NCBI GenBank assembly: GCA_963790415.1
Contig: CAWBOK010000008.1
Coordinates: forward strand, 7,125 to 71,124
Reading direction: 5' to 3'
DNA length: 64,000 bases
Source of the DNA: an uncultured Actinomycetota bacterium
Lineage (GTDB): Bacteria; Actinomycetota; Thermoleophilia; RBG-16-64-13
The position numbers and the translations under genes were made by a program. Each line of letters begins with the position of its first letter. Position 1 is the stretch's first letter. The notes beneath the pieces were generated by a model, which saw nothing but the letters and a program-made list of their open reading frames with translations, searched no databases and was not told the DNA's origin. Of this stretch, positions 62,569-64,000 are shown piece by piece.

Positions 62569-63280
62569 TCACGCTCCCAGATATGCGGCTCGTACCCGAT
62601 CGTCGGCCAGCAGCTCATGCCCTGTGCCGCTCAAGGTGACCTCGCCGACTTCGAGCACGTAGGCCTGGGCAGAGACGCTCAGCGCGAGGTTGGCGTTCTG
62701 CTCGACCAACAGCACGGTCACTCCCGAAGCGACGATCTCCTGGATGACCTCGAAGATGCGTTCCACCACAACGGGTGCCAGCCCCAGCGACGGTTCGTCG
62801 AGCAAGAGACACCGAGGCCGAGCCATGAGCGCGCGCCCCAAGGCGAGCATCTGCTGCTCGCCGCCGGAGAGCGTGCCGGCGGGCTGCCGACGACGCTCGG
62901 CAAGCACGGGGAACAGTTCGAAGACCTGCTCTTGCGGAGAGAGCCAGTCGGGCAGCCTGCGGTGGGAGTACGCGCCGAGTTTCAGATTCTCTTCCACCGT
63001 CATCTGGGCGAAGACCTGTCGTCCCTCGGGACACTGCACGATGCCGCAGCGCGACGATCTCCACCGAGCTCTTCCTCAGGATGGATTCACCTTCGAAGAG
63101 CACGTCACCCGCCACCGGCTTCATCAGGCCCGAGATCACCCGCAACGTGGTGCTCTTGCCCGAACCGTTCGCGCCGATCAGCGTGGCGATCTCGCCCTTT
63201 TCCACGCTCAGGCTTACGTCCCTCAGTGCCTGCACGGCTCCGTATCGAGCGCTGATCCCCTTCAGCTCGAGAAAGGCCAC
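62569..63280 (-). CDS. livF: Branched-chain amino acid-type ABC ATPase (LivF-like), frameshift near 63045
   Basis: GANGSGKST, PEGRQVF, LSGGEQQML, LLDEPSLGLAP, VEQNA. Confidence 0.88.
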
Positions 63281-63281
63281 G

Positions 63282-64000
63282 TCACCCTGCCTTTCCCAGG
63301 TAGGCATCGATGACCCGGCGGTTCTGTCTGACTTCCTCCGGCGTCCCGGCGCAGATCAGCGACCCGTGGTCCAGCACCACGATCCTGTCCGAGATGGTCA
63401 TGACCACCTTCATGTCGTGTTCGATCAGCATGATGGTGACGCCATCGGCGCGGATCTTGCGGACCAGGCGCACGAGTTCGGCGCTCTCGCCGGAGTTGAG
63501 TCCTGCTGCGGGCTCGTCCAGAAGCATCATGCGGGGGGTCGGTGGCCAGTGCCCGGGCGATCTCGAGCAGCTTCTGATCGCCGTAGGGGAGGGACTTGGC
63601 AAGCTCGTCGGCTCTGTGGAGGATGCCCACGAACTCGAGCGACGCGAGGGCCTCTTCCTCTATCTCCCGCTCCTCCCGGCGGGTCCGGGGCAAGCGGGTG
63701 AGGGCCTGGAACACCCCGGCCCGCGTGCGGCAGTAGCGGCCCACCTTCACGTTGTCGAGCACGCGTCATGTCCGGGAAGAGCCGGATGTTCTGGAACGTG
63801 CGGACGAGGCCCGCCTCGGTCACCTCGTGGGGGCTGAGGCGGCCGAGATCCTGCCGTCGAACGTCATCGAACCGGCGGCGGCCCGGTACGTGGCGGTGAG
63901 CACGTTGAGACCGGTGGTCTTGCCCGCGCCGTTCGGACCGATCATGGCCACGATCTCGCCCGGGAGCACCTGGAAACTCAGGTCGGCGTACGGCCGTCAG
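63282..64000 (-). CDS. livG: LivG-like ABC ATPase, 5' partial and frameshifted
   Basis: GPNGAGKT, RTFQNIRLF, LPYGDQKLLEIARALA, LLDEPAAG, IEHDM, AYLG. Confidence 0.85.

Overview
High-GC bacterial chromosomal window. My inference from gene content (SLH proteins with Thr-rich linkers, anaerobic B12 genes, a possible selenoprotein) is an anaerobic Actinomycetota such as Thermoleophilia. Many conserved genes carry single-base frameshifts, most likely long-read consensus errors. Housekeeping and accessory genes include guaB, a YhaO/YhaN (SbcCD-like) pair, ettA, recQ, lhr, several MFS and ABC transporters, an ADP-forming acyl-CoA ligase next to a CoA-transferase-GNAT fusion, a Phd-VapC toxin-antitoxin pair and a Mo-hydroxylase/LIV cluster. 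Three things stand out. (1) A cobalamin-riboswitch operon (40.4-49.6 kb) encodes cobT-bzaC-bzaD-bzaE-like genes. The slot normally filled by the ThiC-like ring synthases bzaAB/bzaF holds an NMT1/THI5 (ThiXYZ-like) ABC importer instead, suggesting a benzimidazole lower-ligand salvage and remodelling system. (2) A single gene (38761-40080) fuses an NDT-like N-glycosidase, an ATP cone, a coiled coil and a putative toxin domain, a candidate nucleotide-sensing defence protein. (3) A PhnD-like binding protein missed by the ORF track has an in-frame TGA at a conserved Cys position followed by a SECIS-like hairpin, a candidate selenoprotein. Several decayed gene remnants are also present. I saw no CRISPR array, tRNA, rRNA, integrase or transposase. 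All family calls come from motif recognition by eye, not database searches.
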